Source: Narcine bancroftii (Eukaryota). Taken from it: DNA of 64,000 bases. Positions 50,257-63,250 of this stretch are shown piece after piece. The position numbers and the translations under genes are program-made. The notes under the pieces were generated by a model that saw only the letters and a program-made list of their open reading frames with translations, was not told the DNA's origin and searched no databases. Location: the NCBI RefSeq assembly GCF_036971445.1, contig NC_091470.1, positions 354,206,001-354,270,000 on the forward strand. Direction: 5' to 3'. How positions within the stretch are numbered: position 1 is the stretch's first letter; each line of letters opens with the position of its first letter.

Positions 50257-50787
50257 CTTTAGACTCTCCTGCCTTGAGACCTTACTTATGTCCCACATGA
50301 TTTTGCAAACCTCCAAGGGCACCAGAACCTCGCCTTATCTCTCAAGCCCTCCATAACATCCTTGAGGTCACTGAGCTGCCACTGTGCTACACTCATGTCT
50401 TCAGTCTGAATTCCCATCAATAGTTCTTGCTCACTCTGCATTGTTCCTGAACCAGAACTGTCGGCCCTGCAAAACAGATCGACATTTCAGCTTTTCTAAG
50501 TATATCCACTAGAATCCAGTTTGGAAAGTGCACTCTGTGGTAAATAATTGGGGCGTGCAGTTACTTGCTAACAGATGCATAGAATGAGTTGTCAATTTTC
50601 CCATGAGCTCGCTCCCAGGCTGACCTCCAAACAGAGAATTAATTTATGAAGGGTTATCATAATGTGATTCTTTTCTGATAGAAATCCTATGCCTGGCACA
50701 TTTTAATGGATATAATAAAAATTATTGTTTTTCTTTCCAAAGATAAAGTGCTCCATTTTAATCTCTATATGTTTAGAAACTCGAGAC

Positions 50788-51991
50788 CAGTGATTTTCAA
50801 ACTTTCTTGTTCCACTCACATACCACCTTAGTAATCCCTGTGCCATAGGTGTTCTGTGATTAGTAAGAAATTGATTAAGGTGGTATGTGGGTGGAAAGAA
50901 AATGTTTGAAAAGCACTGTTTTAATCATACCTCATTGACTCGTTATGTGCACAGTTTCATAACTCCAAAGGAAATGGGCCAATGAGAATTTTTCTCAAAG
51001 TATTTCAGTAACAATTGGGTCTAGAGCAGTGGTTTTCAACCTCCCTTTCCCCCCCCCCCCCACCCCCACCAACCACTCACATAGCATTTTAAGTAATCAT
51101 GGAACATCTACGGCATAGGGATTACTTAAAATGCCACTGAGCTCAAGGTCCCCATTCCTGCCCAGAGCCCCAGGTCCACGCCCCTGCTGCTGATGACACT
51201 CTCACTGATGACACCAGGACAAGAGATTCTTCTGACCGCTTGTGCCTGGGAGACAGTGGCATGCAGTTTGAGAGGGAGAGTTGGAGAGAAAAGTCAATAG
51301 GGGAAGGTAAAGAAGAAATGGAAAGAGAGAGAGAGTTCCCTGAAATGAGGACGATCATCCTTCTAATTTCATGTCAAGTGAATTTTTTTTTTCCAACCTA
51401 TGAGGTCAGTTCTGCTCCAAAAATATTTTGGATAAATAAGGTTTTCTGATTATTTTTTTTTGGCTATCCTCATTTATCCATTGTTTTTTAAAAAAATTTG
51501 GATAAATGAGTATTTCAGAGAACCCCATTTTGGATAAGTGAGGATTTCGGAGAACCCCGTTTCGGATAAGTGAGGATTTCGGAGAACCCCGTTTCGGATA
51601 AGTGAGGATTTCGGAGAACCCCGTTTCGGATAAGTGAGGATTTCGGAGAACCCAGTTTCGGATAAGTGAGGATTTCGGAGAACCCCGTTTCGGATAAGTG
51701 AGGATTTCGGAGAACCCCGTTTCGGATAAGTGAGGATTTCGGAGAACCCCGTTTCGGATAAGTGAGGATTTCGGAGAACCCCGTTTCGGATAAGTGAGGA
51801 TTTCGGAGAACCCCGTTTCGGATAAGTGAGGATTTCGGAGAACCCCGTTTCGGATAAGTGAGGATTTCGGAGAACCCCGTTTCGGATAAGTGAGGATTTC
51901 GGAGAACCCCGTTTCGGATAACTGAGGATTTCGGAGAATCCCATTTCAAATAATCGGAGCTGTACTGTAAGGAAAAGTTTGAAAACCACCG
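50788..51991. mobile_element. Second, inverted copy of the composite hAT MITE; right TIR displaced to 51971-51991 by an ~840-bp insertion
   Basis: Spacer 50919-51027 is the reverse complement of 50006-50116; orphan aagtttgaaaaccaccg after the tandem array. Confidence 0.65.
51500..51947. repeat. Tandem array, 14 x 32 bp (GGATAAGTGAGGATTTCGGAGAACCCCGTTTC)
   Basis: Exact 32-bp periodicity; inner copies near-identical, first and last degenerate; abuts a Tigger-like terminus taatcggagctgtactg|TA. Confidence 0.95.
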
Positions 51992-53328
51992 TTCTAGATC
52001 TCTTTCATTCACTCACTCCTCTCCCAATTAATAATCACCTCAGCGATTGTTCAACTTGATGCCTTTGTTAAATAGTAAGGGCATCAGCGGGCCTGGAATA
52101 AGTGCTGGAAAATGCCGAGTAAATAATCACCCCTAATCAGACTGAATGGCAGAGCTGTCATGAGGGGCAGAATAAGCTGCTCCTGTCTCTATTTCTTTTT
52201 TTTGAATATTTTTATTTTGATTTTCCAAGACTCACACAAATCCAAAACAATAATCTTTCTCAACAATGATACCTTTTCCCCCACCCATCTCCCCTCCCCT
52301 CCCTACATTAATGCTGCAAGGAAAAGATTATGTAAATCAAAGAACCAAAAATCTATAGTCACAGACTCTTAAAGGAACCAAATATAAACCCAGAGTAATA
52401 GAAAGTAAAGTGAAAACGATATGAAACAAGAGCACGTCACCTGCTCCCGACCCACTTCATTTATCTCAGTCGTTCCACTATTAGTACAGAGTTTTACCTT
52501 TCTTCTATATAGAAGGGGTGTAACTATATCTGCGTACCTATGTGTTGCAGATAAGGCTGCCATGCCCTAACAAATGTGTCATCTGTCCTTAAATTGAAAG
52601 TGATTTTCTCCAGGGGAATACAACCTGCAATTCCATCGTGTAATGTTTAGTTGGGAGTCGGACTTCCACGTGACCGTTATACACTTCCTGGTTACCGCCA
52701 AACCGACCTTCACAAACTGAATTTGGTATTTGAACAATTTAAAACACTCGTCCGTGTTTCCCAGAAGGTACAATTCTGGATCCTGTGGAAAAGGTGACCG
52801 CCTTTGTCATTTTTTTTCAGAATGTCTCCCAAGTCTTCCCAGAAGGATCTCTCCTTTGTATACAGTCAAGCTGAATGGATAAAGGTTCCAATCTCCACAC
52901 CACATCTGAAGAACATTTCTAAAATTTGATTTAGATTTATGTAATTTTTATGGTGTGAGGTACAGTTGATGCAGGAAATTGTATTGCACCAACCTGCACC
53001 TGGCATTAATAACTGCTGTCATGCTGTCCAGACATTGATTGTTGTAACCAAGTCCATCTCCCACCTTTCCCTCGACCTGTGTAAGTCCAGCTTTGGGCCC
53101 TCACTTTGGAATAGGAGATACACCATAAAGATGAATTTATGTGTATTCCCCTTTCAAATTAGAATTTCCATGTTACTACACACGGACAAGGCCATAGATG
53201 GACCCAAATTATGCCTTAAGAAAGATCTTAGTTGGAGATAGCAGATGTCAGGATTTCATTATCCAGATTTATGAGTATTAATTTATTCTGGTTCAAGAGC
53301 ACTTTAGGAAACAACTCCACCTTTATTC

Positions 53329-53934
53329 TGTTATGAGCCCAGAGGACCCCAGAACCCAGCAGCAATAGATATTCACTAAAACAAATGGTTACTTAAACAA
53401 AAGTTGCTTTTAATTATCTTTAAACATGAAAACAGGATTACACTTTAACTTAACTAACTTAATCCCCTTCTAATTCAAAGCACACATGTACGTAATGTGT
53501 GTGCAAGTTCAGAAAAGTTCTTCGATTCAGTCTAATCTCACTTCTCATTCCTCCAAGTTCACTAATTGCAGGCAATTTTTATACTGTGCACAGAATTAAA
53601 CATTATTTATAAAGTTCACCAGGCTTTGGTGCTTCAAAAGGTAAATGGTTACCGCTCAGGAAGGCTCTTGTCAGTTTTCAGAGAGAGATTTGTTGTTCCA
53701 GGACATCCACAACTGATGTACTTCCATCAGCACTTCAGAGTCTTACTGACGAAACTTGCCCCTTCAGGGTTCTCCAGCTGATAACCTCTTTCTTTCAGGT
53801 GACCACAGAGTTCCTTTTTGTTTTCCTTATTCCAAGTGAAACATTAGACAGCCAGTCCTCTCCTCTTGCATGAACCACAAGGGCTTTGACCAGGCTGTCT
53901 TCGAAATGGGGCTTTCCACAAGCTTACGAGCTTG

Positions 53935-53993
<59 letters not shown>

Positions 53994-54293
53994 TCTGAGA
54001 GTTAACCTGTTTGACTCTCTCCGCTTGCAAAACCACATGACCCTCTTACAACATCTCCAATCTCCAGCTCCAACAAGATCTTTCACCTGTTGCCTTTTGT
54101 AAGCAACAATCCATTAGTGAAGTCTCTTGAGCACTCTTCAAAACTCTTGCAAAAGCTGTGGAGCCGATATGTCTTGCATTAGCAGCGCTCCAGTATTTCA
54201 AATAAGATCTGCTTTAAAGTGTTTGTATGTTACCTACTCTATCAAACCTTTCCCAATTTATCTCCCAAAAACATATCTATATACTCTGTCATA
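53329..54293 (-). mobile_element. Solo LTR inserted into the L1; contains a (TG)n microsatellite
   Basis: 4-bp TSD ATTC on both sides; homolog of 12983-14077. Confidence 0.8.
53937..53992. repeat. (GT)n microsatellite, ~28 units
   Basis: Directly visible. Confidence 0.95.
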
Positions 54294-57200
54294 ATTCCAA
54301 TACAATTATTTATTTTTTGCTATGTCTGAATTACGTTTTAATATGGAATTATCTGTTTTCTTTGATATCAATTTTATGTCCCATTTATATATGAATTCTC
54401 CTGCTATCTTTTCTCCTACCATGTGTAGCCCAATTTGTGCCCAGGAGGGAATACTACCTCCCTCAGTGAGTGAGGCAATAAACCTTGACTGTACCACCCA
54501 ATAATATTTTTTTAAATCTGGCAATTTCAGGCCTTCCAATTTATAGTCGCAAGTCAATTTTTCCATGGGGATTCCAGCCACTTTACCGTTCCACAGGAAC
54601 TTTGTGACACATCTGTTGAGCATCTTAAAGAAGATCTGGGGCAACAGAATGGGCAAGAGTTAACACAATTAACCCTGCAAGTCCTCCTCAATTTTCAAAC
54701 GGAGATAATTGAGTTTATATAGATTACTCCAATCCTTGCCTACCTTTCTCCCCAAATATTTAATGCCTCCTTGCAGCCATTTAAACTGCCTCCTTTGTTG
54801 GTACTGTCTGTAATGCCCCTTGTCAAAGGCATGATTTCACTTTTATCCAAATTTATCTTGTACCCAGAGATCTTGCCATAATCTTCCAGTGTAGTCCCCA
54901 GCTTGGCCAATAATCCCCCTGTGTCGGTCAAATGTATCAACACATCATCCACAAATAAATTGATTTTATGCTCCTCCTGACCCACTTTGAACCCCTTTAT
55001 TTCTGGATCCCATCATATGGCTTCAAAAGCTAGGGACATTGGGCAACTCTGCCAACTGGATCTACACAGTGGGAACACTGGAGCCATCTGCCTGTTTGTA
55101 ATAATTTTATCTTAGGGTTTATGGGAGAGCATTTTTACTCAATTAATGAAAGGTTGTCCCAGTCCAAATTTCTCCAGTACTTTGAACAAAGTCCCACTCC
55201 AGTCTGTCAAATGCCTTCTCCACGTCCAAAGCCACACCTACACCTGGGTCCATCTCCAACTGTGCCAGATGCACTATATTGAGTAATCTACACACGTTTT
55301 CTCCTGATTTTCTCTTTTGTAAATCCAGCTTGGTCTGGATTTGTCAACTTCAGCTAATATTGAGCCAATCTATTGGACAATTCTTTTGCTATAATTTTAT
55401 AACCTGCATTCAATAATGAAATGGACCTATAGGAGGGGAGATTCAATGGCTCCCTACCTGTTTTTGGATCACCGTAACAATTGCTATTAAGAAAGACTCA
55501 GGGAGGGTATGTCTCCGCCGCCTGATCCACCGCCTTCATAAGAAGGGGCATTAAGAGATCTGTGAACTCTTTAAAATTCAACGGGGAACCCATTGACCCC
55601 CCAGTGATTTGTTGGCCTGTAATGAGCCCAAAGCTTTCTCCATCTCCTCTCTAGAGAAGGGAACACTCAGCCCCTCTTGTTCATTCTGATACAAATTTGG
55701 TCATTCCAATGTAAGCAAGAAATCATCTATTTTAACGGAATCCTGCACGGATTCTGATTTATACAGTTCTTTATAAAACTTTGTAAATGTTTCTTATCTC
55801 CTTTGGTTTATGTGGAATCTTGCCTCCCCCTCCCCACCACCGTTTGAATCACATTAATTGTTCTTGAGACCACTTCCACCCTCACCTGCCAAGACTTTAT
55901 GACCCCTTTCCCTCAACTCATAATACTGTTATCTAACTCGTAAATTCATCTTTTTTTATCTTATACGTTTGCATTGCATTGTATTTGAACTTTTTGTTCA
56001 TCAAATCCTGTATTTTTCCTCAGAACCCAATCTTTGATAATCATTTTACAATCGGGTTATTTCCTGTTCCAAGTTGTTTATCTCTTTCATATACCCTTAG
56101 TATATCCAATTATCTATCCCCTAAAATAAGCCTTTAATGTGACCCATAATAGGACATAACAGTTCGTCTCACAGAACAAATCTAACCGAGCTCTAATGAA
56201 GCTACAAAATTCCTGTTTCCCCAACAGCAATGAGTTAAGGTGCCATCTATATACTGTGGTCTGCGTATCTAGCATTATGATGGATAGAGTCAAAGATGAA
56301 TGGTCAGACAGTAACTGAGCCATGTACTCAGTCTCCACTATCCTACCCTCCAATTGGGCTGAAGCCAAAGATAAATTCTGGTGTAGAAATTGTTTTGTCT
56401 CAAGTAAAAGGAGTAATCCCTCTCTCTTGGATTCTGCCTTCTCCAGACATTGATTTAATTTAGCTCTTCATCAAGGTCAGGGTTGACTTAGCTGTCCTGG
56501 CCCTTGTTACTTTCCTCACTGACTTGTCCGTTACGGATCCAAACAAAAGTTAAAATTTTCACTTCTCTGTTATCTTCAGAAATGTATTTTGTATAAATTG
56601 TTGATCATCAAAATTTGGGGCATAAGTGCCCATGATTCAGAGTATATTTGACAATGGATCATCACAAATCTCCCAGCCGGGTCAGCGGCCCTGCCTCTAT
56701 TTCTTGTGCTCTTGTTTATGATTTGAATTGCACCAAGATTCCCCTTGGCCTCATCGCTCAGTTTTGATGGATGCCCTTTTCCAACCCAGAGCGTCAACTT
56801 TGCCATGAGCTGAATTCTGATCCTTTGGTGGTGCCTGTGAATCAATGATCAATGCTGTTCCCTCTAATTCAAGGGGCTGTGGGCTCAGTGACTTACACAT
56901 CTCAAGTAGTATTGGAGAAGTGGTCAAACTGATGTCCTCTCTATTTTCATAGAACATGTATGAGATCCCATGCCACCATCCAAGATGATCAGGAGTGTTA
57001 CCCCTGGTACTCAGGTCCACATACATTCTCACCTAACATGACTTAAGACATATTATTTGACCTTTCACACTTTGCTCTTTTTGGATGTCACTGGCTGGTA
57101 CCATTTCTTCATCATAGCATGTTACCAGGTCACTTAATTGAGTGTCAATCACTTTCGTTTCTGAAAGCGACAAAGCATGCGACACAAATGCAAGCCTTTC

Positions 57201-59129
57201 TTTAATTCCATTTCAACATTTTTCACTGACATTAACAGCAAACATTCTCACACGAACACCTCCTTTATGTATCTCGACATGGTGGGGGGGGGGTGGAATT
57301 CAAAGTTTAATTCACAGAACCCCCCCCCAAAAAAAATTCCACTGGAGATAAAAGGCCAGAAAATAATACTTTACCAATTAGCATCAAACATTTGCAAAAA
57401 GGGGGAAATTATTAAGTAATTTGGTATCATTTTAACTTTTACTTAATTTACGACACAGCTCTTTTCCAGCGGATGTTCATGGATAAATGCGTTCGATGTA
57501 AAGTCTAAATACTTTGTTAAAGAACTAGCAGAAAATTATCCTTGCAGATGCTCAATGGCAAAACCACTATTTGTTTTTTTAAAAGCAGGAAATTGCATTG
57601 GAAACTGAAGAGGTTGAGATTTCAAAGCTACAACACATCTTCCTATCAGACTTTTAATTCTTGTCATTAACTTGATTTTTGAACAGATGATGCAAGTTCC
57701 TGCAGCGCAGGACATAAATGTGGAAGTCAGAAGTCTGAATGAATCAATGTTGCTGTCCAGAGCTTCTCCCTCTGAGAGATCAGCTGAAAAAATAGGACTG
57801 AAAAGGGAGGTGGGTTGCCGTGGACACGCCAAGTTTCCAGATGTCTGAGGATTTGAGATCTCCCTCTTTAAACAAACCATAAGGGATGGGTGATGAAATT
57901 ATCAGAAAGGGAAGCACAAGGAATTCCTTGGCAGAACAGAAGGATGAATTAAGATAGACGCAGCAGAGAGACTAAAGGGAGGGGGTGGGGCACTTCAATA
58001 GGGAAGATGCCTGGCATTTAGTTGAACATGAGGAAAATTAGGAGAAAAAAAAAATCACAGGCACTGTGTGCCTGAATTTGCAATATGCAATGAAACAAGT
58101 AGGATTCCCAACTCAGCACCAAAGAAAGTAGATAATGGAATTAATCTCTATAACCTAGCTCTACACTGTATAAATTTTAAATGGAGGCACACACCTTTTT
58201 GTCAATTGGATAAATCTTTCCCAGTGTTACCTTGTAAAACGTGTACTGATTTGTGAAATATTCGTTATCTTGCACAAATTATTCCAAGGAGTACAGCAAC
58301 GTCCAGATCCTTCCGGAAAACATTCTATCATGTATCCTCTTCCTTACTCTTGTTCTAATTTACAACATACTTCACAACTCCAACCAACTTCATTTTCTTA
58401 ATCAACAAAGCCTGCTTTATTCATTCCTACCCCTATTCTTTCCAGTTGTAACAGTCTAACCCTCTGTAATGAGAGCTGCCAGAGAAGCACAATCAGATGC
58501 AGATATTTTCCACATAATTATTGCATTATGGTCACCTTTGTGCATTTTGTTCACTCCACAAGGATTGGAAATAATGTATACAACACATTTAAAAGAAATG
58601 TATGCCATAGCGACAAGGTTCAGTGAAGGCAGCTGACACGAGACCAGATGGCTCAGGAATGTAACGACGATTGATTGCTGGAAGTAATGAAGTACTTAAG
58701 AGAGGATCTGCAGAAGCAAACTTAATTCCCCAGAAATCTGACTCATGCCCAATACCACCGAGACGTTGCTCCAGGGTATCCGAGGATAAGAGGTTGTTCC
58801 CAGGAATAAAGAAACAATTTACTGTCAGTGTTTCTCTTGGGTTCACATTCAATCATTATACTCCATCTTTTCTACTTTGGATGTGAAGATACTGTTTTAA
58901 CGAAAGACATAATCTTCCGCAAGATCCCCAAGTCTACTAGCAAAAAAGCCAAATTATTCCCAAGTGCAATGTACAGCGCAACATTGAATTCAATGAACAC
59001 CCGTAACAGGAATATTGTGATGCAGGCTCAAGGACCAACTCATTGACTTTCGCTTCTACTTTTAAAATTTCAATACAGTTCAATTCAAATTTATTGCCAA
59101 GAGCATGGACATGGAGTGAGAAAGTATGT

Positions 59130-60045
59130 TTTATGACTAATCTAGCTGGATCAATGATTTCAGGAGGGGGCATCCCTGTCCACATTAATGGCACTCTAGG
59201 TGAAAAAAATAGATAGCTTCAAGTACTTGGAATAAATATCACCAGTTGACCTGACCTGGGAGAGAAGCACATTGATGCAATGATCAAGAAAGTGCACCAA
59301 CACCTCGACTATCTATTCAGAGTAAGGAAGTTTTGCATGACCCCCTCGTCATGCAACTTCTATAGGTGCACAACCAAAAGCATACTTACTGATGCATTCC
59401 AACATGATATGGGAGCAGCTTTGCTTTAGAATGGAAGTTACACAAGCCAGTGAATGCAGCTCAAAACATTATTCAAACCCTCACTGGACTTCATCTACAT
59501 CTCCCACTTCCTATGAAAGGCACTGGTACATATAATGAATTGGCTGACTGGCAGAAGACAGAGTGGGGAACAGAGGGGACCATTCACGACTGTCCGTCTG
59601 CAACGACTGGTGTTCCAGAAGGGGTCGGTGTTGGATCCACCTCTTTTCACGCTGTATGTAAATAATTTAGAAGATAAGAGTCGATGGCTTTGTGGATGAT
59701 AAGATAGGTGATGAGGAAGCAGGAAGTCAGCAGAGGGACTTGGACGGGTTGCAAGGATGGGCAACGAAGTGACAGATGGAGTACAGTGTTAGGAAGTGTA
59801 TGGCCATATACTTTGGTAGAAGAAATTTTAAAAAGTCTATTTTCTAAATGGAGAGGGAATTCAGATAGTGGAGGTTCAAAGGAACTTAAAAGTCTCAGTG
59901 CACAATTCCTCAAAGGTTAACTTACATGTTGAGTCGGTAGTAAGGAAGGCAGATACAATGTTAGCATTCATTTCAAGAGGACTAGATTACAAAGGCAAAG
60001 ATTTAATGGCAAGGGTTTATAAGGCATTTTCCAGATCACATTTGA
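59130..60045 (+). mobile_element. Rex1 fragment followed by CR1 fragment
   Basis: gcttcaagtacttgga..., aacttctataggtgcac; then TGVPEG, VVRKADTMLAFISRGLDYK. Confidence 0.65.
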
Positions 60046-60682
60046 GGGGGAAAGGGAGATTTACAAAAAAAGCGAGCATTTTTGCCTCATTTCTCTTCTC
60101 TCCAGCCAATCTGACCAGCCAGTCGGAAGTCCACCCTGTGTTCGATGTGTGTTTGCCAGACCATAGCTCAGGTTTTTTTAAAATTAAGACCAGAAGCAGC
60201 AATGCAACTTCTGGTCCTTTTTGATGGAAGTCTCACTGATCCGAAACCTGCTCCCAGATACCACCCAGTCTGTTAAGCATTCATGCCATTTCCAGGAGAA
60301 GCATTCATCTGTCATACCTGCTAGCCCACAATCCTCCGTGCTGATTGCACATCACCTTGGTGAAACGGTGTAAACTACCTGACACCATTGCAAGCCTTCA
60401 AAGGCATCCATCGACCCTGCAAAATTGCCTTCATGTTCTTGGTATTTCTTCTTTCAAGACACACCTGAATCCACTTCCCCTACCTTTCAGGCAGAAGAAA
60501 CCTTGGAGACGTTAACTCAGTGACTGGAACACAAGGTCTTCAGGCGCCGGAGCCCCCCACCCCCCCCCCTTTCTTTTATGCCAGTTGTCCTGCTACATGT
60601 ATCTCCGTTGATAATTGCTACTTTCTCCACCAATGGGAGCGGTTCTCTGCGACTTACCTTGTCACGTGACTTGAAGATGTTT

Positions 60683-61000
60683 TTTTCTTTTCCCACCCTC
60701 CTTCCTTCCCCCACCCCCTCCTTCCTTCCCCCACCCCCTCCTTCCTTCCTTCCCCCACCCCCTCCTTCCTTCCCCCACCCCTCCTTCCTTCCCCCACCCC
60801 TCCTTCCTTCCCCCACCCCTCCTTCCTTCCCCCACCCCTCCTTCCTTCCCCCACCCCCTCCTTCCTTCCTTCCCCCACCCCCTCCTTCCTTCCTTCCCCC
60901 ACCCCCCTCCTTCCTTCCTTCCCCCCCCTCCTTCCTTCCTTCCCCCACCCCCCTCCTTCCTTCCTTCCCCCCCTCCTTCCTTCCTTCCCCCACCCCACTC
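60683..61000. repeat. Polypyrimidine compound repeat (CCTT)n/CCCCACCCC
   Basis: ~320 bp of almost pure C/T on the plus strand, so G/A-rich on the LAMA1 sense strand. Confidence 0.95.
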
Positions 61001-61469
61001 CATGCCTATTTTTTCCCTGGTTAATTATCATATTTTGGCAAAGTGGAGTCTTTTCCCTCGTTCATAAGACATTTGAAGCAATTTTTTTTAGCCTGCATAA
61101 TTATTCCACTAAACTGGAATTTCAACTCGACTCTTTTGCTTTTCCTGATCTGATCCTTATCGAACTTCCCCTGATGAAGTTACCCAGACAAGACTGACCA
61201 GCAGATTCTCATCTGTCCACACCCATCCCCAATTGGTGGCTCGTTTACACACATTTTTTTTAAAAAAACAAGCCACATTCTTGAACATTAATGCAAAATG
61301 CAATGTCACAAGTGTTAAAAAGTGTTCCTCTCTCTTTGAAGCCCAGAGAGCACGGGCCAAATCTTTTTGTCAGTACATGGACAGGCTTGAATGGGAGTTT
61401 CCTGCGCTTTGAAATGCATGGATCCCAAAGAAATTAACACCCACCCACCAAGAGGCTGAGTTTTGAGAA

Positions 61470-63250
61470 ATGCCCCTGGTCGACGACGGATACGAGTGAG
61501 CGGCTTCCCGAGGTCCAGAACCTGACAAAGCACAAACGGGCAGCAGGGCAGCCCCGGGGGGAGGGGGCGAGAGAGGGGCTCCTGCCGCTTCGGTGGGATC
61601 GCGTCGCGTTGGAAATTCTGCCCGAGAAGCCCAGGAAGGTTCAGGAGGTGGGAAGGGACTCGAGAGCGAGCGGGAGCTGTCGGTCAGAACCCTGCCAGGG
61701 GCTCGACCGGGGCAAACGCCACCTCGGTTTGCCAAGCACGGAATTCATTTGCTGCTTGGAAGATTACAGTCTGTTCCGCCACGCATTAGAAGTGTTTCAT
61801 TATCGGATTTACAGCCTCCAGCGGAGTTCACTCTTTTATTATTGGAGTGAAAGCTCTCGAAAGGGGACTAGAAAGTCCTTGGAAACATCTTTGCTCGATG
61901 CAGAAGCCACTGCCCTCACACCCATGCTTGCTGTTTGATTCCCAAAGTTAGAGCAAACTTTTTAAGAGTTGGATTTATGATGAACTGCAAATAAAAACAC
62001 ACTGGAGGAACTCAGTCAGTCTCTCAGCGTCCCGAAGAGGTAAAGCTACTTCTTTACCTCCTACCCACACTGCCAGTTCCTCCAGTATTTCTTTGGGGGG
62101 GTGGTGGGGGGGGGATTGTTTTACTACCATCACAGCGGGAGCAGACTTTCGCAACGTGCTCTCTCACAATGTATGTGCCCGCAGTTTCATGGTGAATGGA
62201 ATAGAGCAGAAAACTGGATGATTCACGATCCCCCCACCCCCTGCTATCGCTATTAACACCGGCAAATGCACAAGTGTCTATCTGCACACACGCAGATCGA
62301 CTCCATCCCGTGTGGTCTCTCCCTGGGAGGGGGGGGGGGGTGGGGTGGGAATGATTCCTCGCCAGCGAACAACTTCTCTCGCTCTCGCCACCAAGTTTTC
62401 GTTTTGCTCCTGTTGTCCCGGGACGCGGCGAGGTCGCCCCAGGCGCAAGGGACGCCGAGGAGAGCCCGCAACGGGGAGAGCGAGCCATTTGCAGGCAGAA
62501 CGCTGCTATTGTCTCATTTGAGACATCGTGTGGTGAGTTTTCTTGCCCAGGATTAAACTTCTCTCGCATGCCTTGAAAGGGGACGGAGGCACAGGTTCAA
62601 TAACACAGCATCCTCTCGCACAATATGAGGGGAGCCCTCCACCAAATCTCCCCCCCCCCCCTCCCCCATTCACACATACATTCTGCTCCAAATCCCACCT
62701 CTTGCTTACCTCTCTGTTGGGACTCTACCCCGATGCACAGCAGAAGGAACCCCAGCTGCCTCGCTGCCATCCTCAGTTGTAGCACAATCCAGCCCCCCCT
62801 CCCTCCCCAAACAAAAGGACTCCAGAACAAAACTTTGTTCTTGCTCTCTCTCTGTCCTGACTCCTGCCTTTACAAATGTTGCATCCTCGGGCGTGGCCAC
62901 TCGAACTCCAGGGACTCTCAGGAAGCCGCCGCAGGATTGACTTTCTCCCACTTGCAGTTGGCTGCGGTGCGTTGACTGGCGGGGGGGCGGAGGGCAGGCT
63001 CTGCCTTCCACCCTGGGCTGGTGCCGAGTAGTTTGGTCCATCACCCCCCCCCCCCCCCCCCCCAGCTTTCTTGGCTTGTGGTATATTCTGACTGAGGAGG
63101 GGGGGGGCGGTGCCGAGGGGCTTTAAAAGTTGAAACAGGAGTGTTGGTTCTCCCGTACAGAAGCGGCGATTGATACATCGTCCCATTTCAATGGGATTCG
63201 GGACGGGAGTGGCCCCGCTCCTGTGGAGGTTGTTCATCCACCTGGGAATC
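61470..63250 (-). promoter_or_regulatory. CpG-island-like promoter/first-exon region of LAMA1 with Sp/KLF GC boxes
   Basis: Visibly GC- and CpG-rich relative to the rest of the window; gggcgtggc at 62889, ggggcggagg at ~62984, long C runs at 63043-63063. TSS not determinable. Confidence 0.6.
62710..62770 (-). CDS. LAMA1: Laminin subunit alpha-1, coding exon 1 (signal peptide MAARQLGFLLLCIGVESQQR/G)
   Basis: Minus strand reads ctgaggATGG (strong Kozak), 20 codons with a hydrophobic core, then AGAG|gtaagc donor. It is 61 nt and phase 1, and joins exon 2 in frame to give QQR-GLFP, resembling human LAMA1 (RQR-GLFP). Lies in a CpG-rich region. Confidence 0.88.

Larger units (their letters stand above)
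52190..56620 (-). mobile_element. Decayed L1-clade LINE ORF2 (endonuclease to 3' UTR)
   Basis: EN motif LSDHSSL; RT HKINLFVDDVLI, YGKISGYKINLDKSE; KFLWNGK..EGLKLPDLKKYYW; T-rich end at ~52190. Confidence 0.85.
1852..62709 (-). other. LAMA1: LAMA1 intron 1 (GT-AG, 60,858 bp)
   Basis: Bounded by the exon 1 donor and exon 2 acceptor with compatible phases; no other host exon recognised in between. Confidence 0.8.

Noticed and set aside
51500-51947. CRISPR-like array, and the repeat-protein ORFs 51474-51989 and 51515-52012
   Set aside because: Units are contiguous with no unique spacers, there are no cas genes and the context is vertebrate; the ORFs are by-products of a stop-free 32-bp unit.
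60517-61031. Gly/Arg/Glu- or Pro-rich ORFs
   Set aside because: Translations of the simple repeat.
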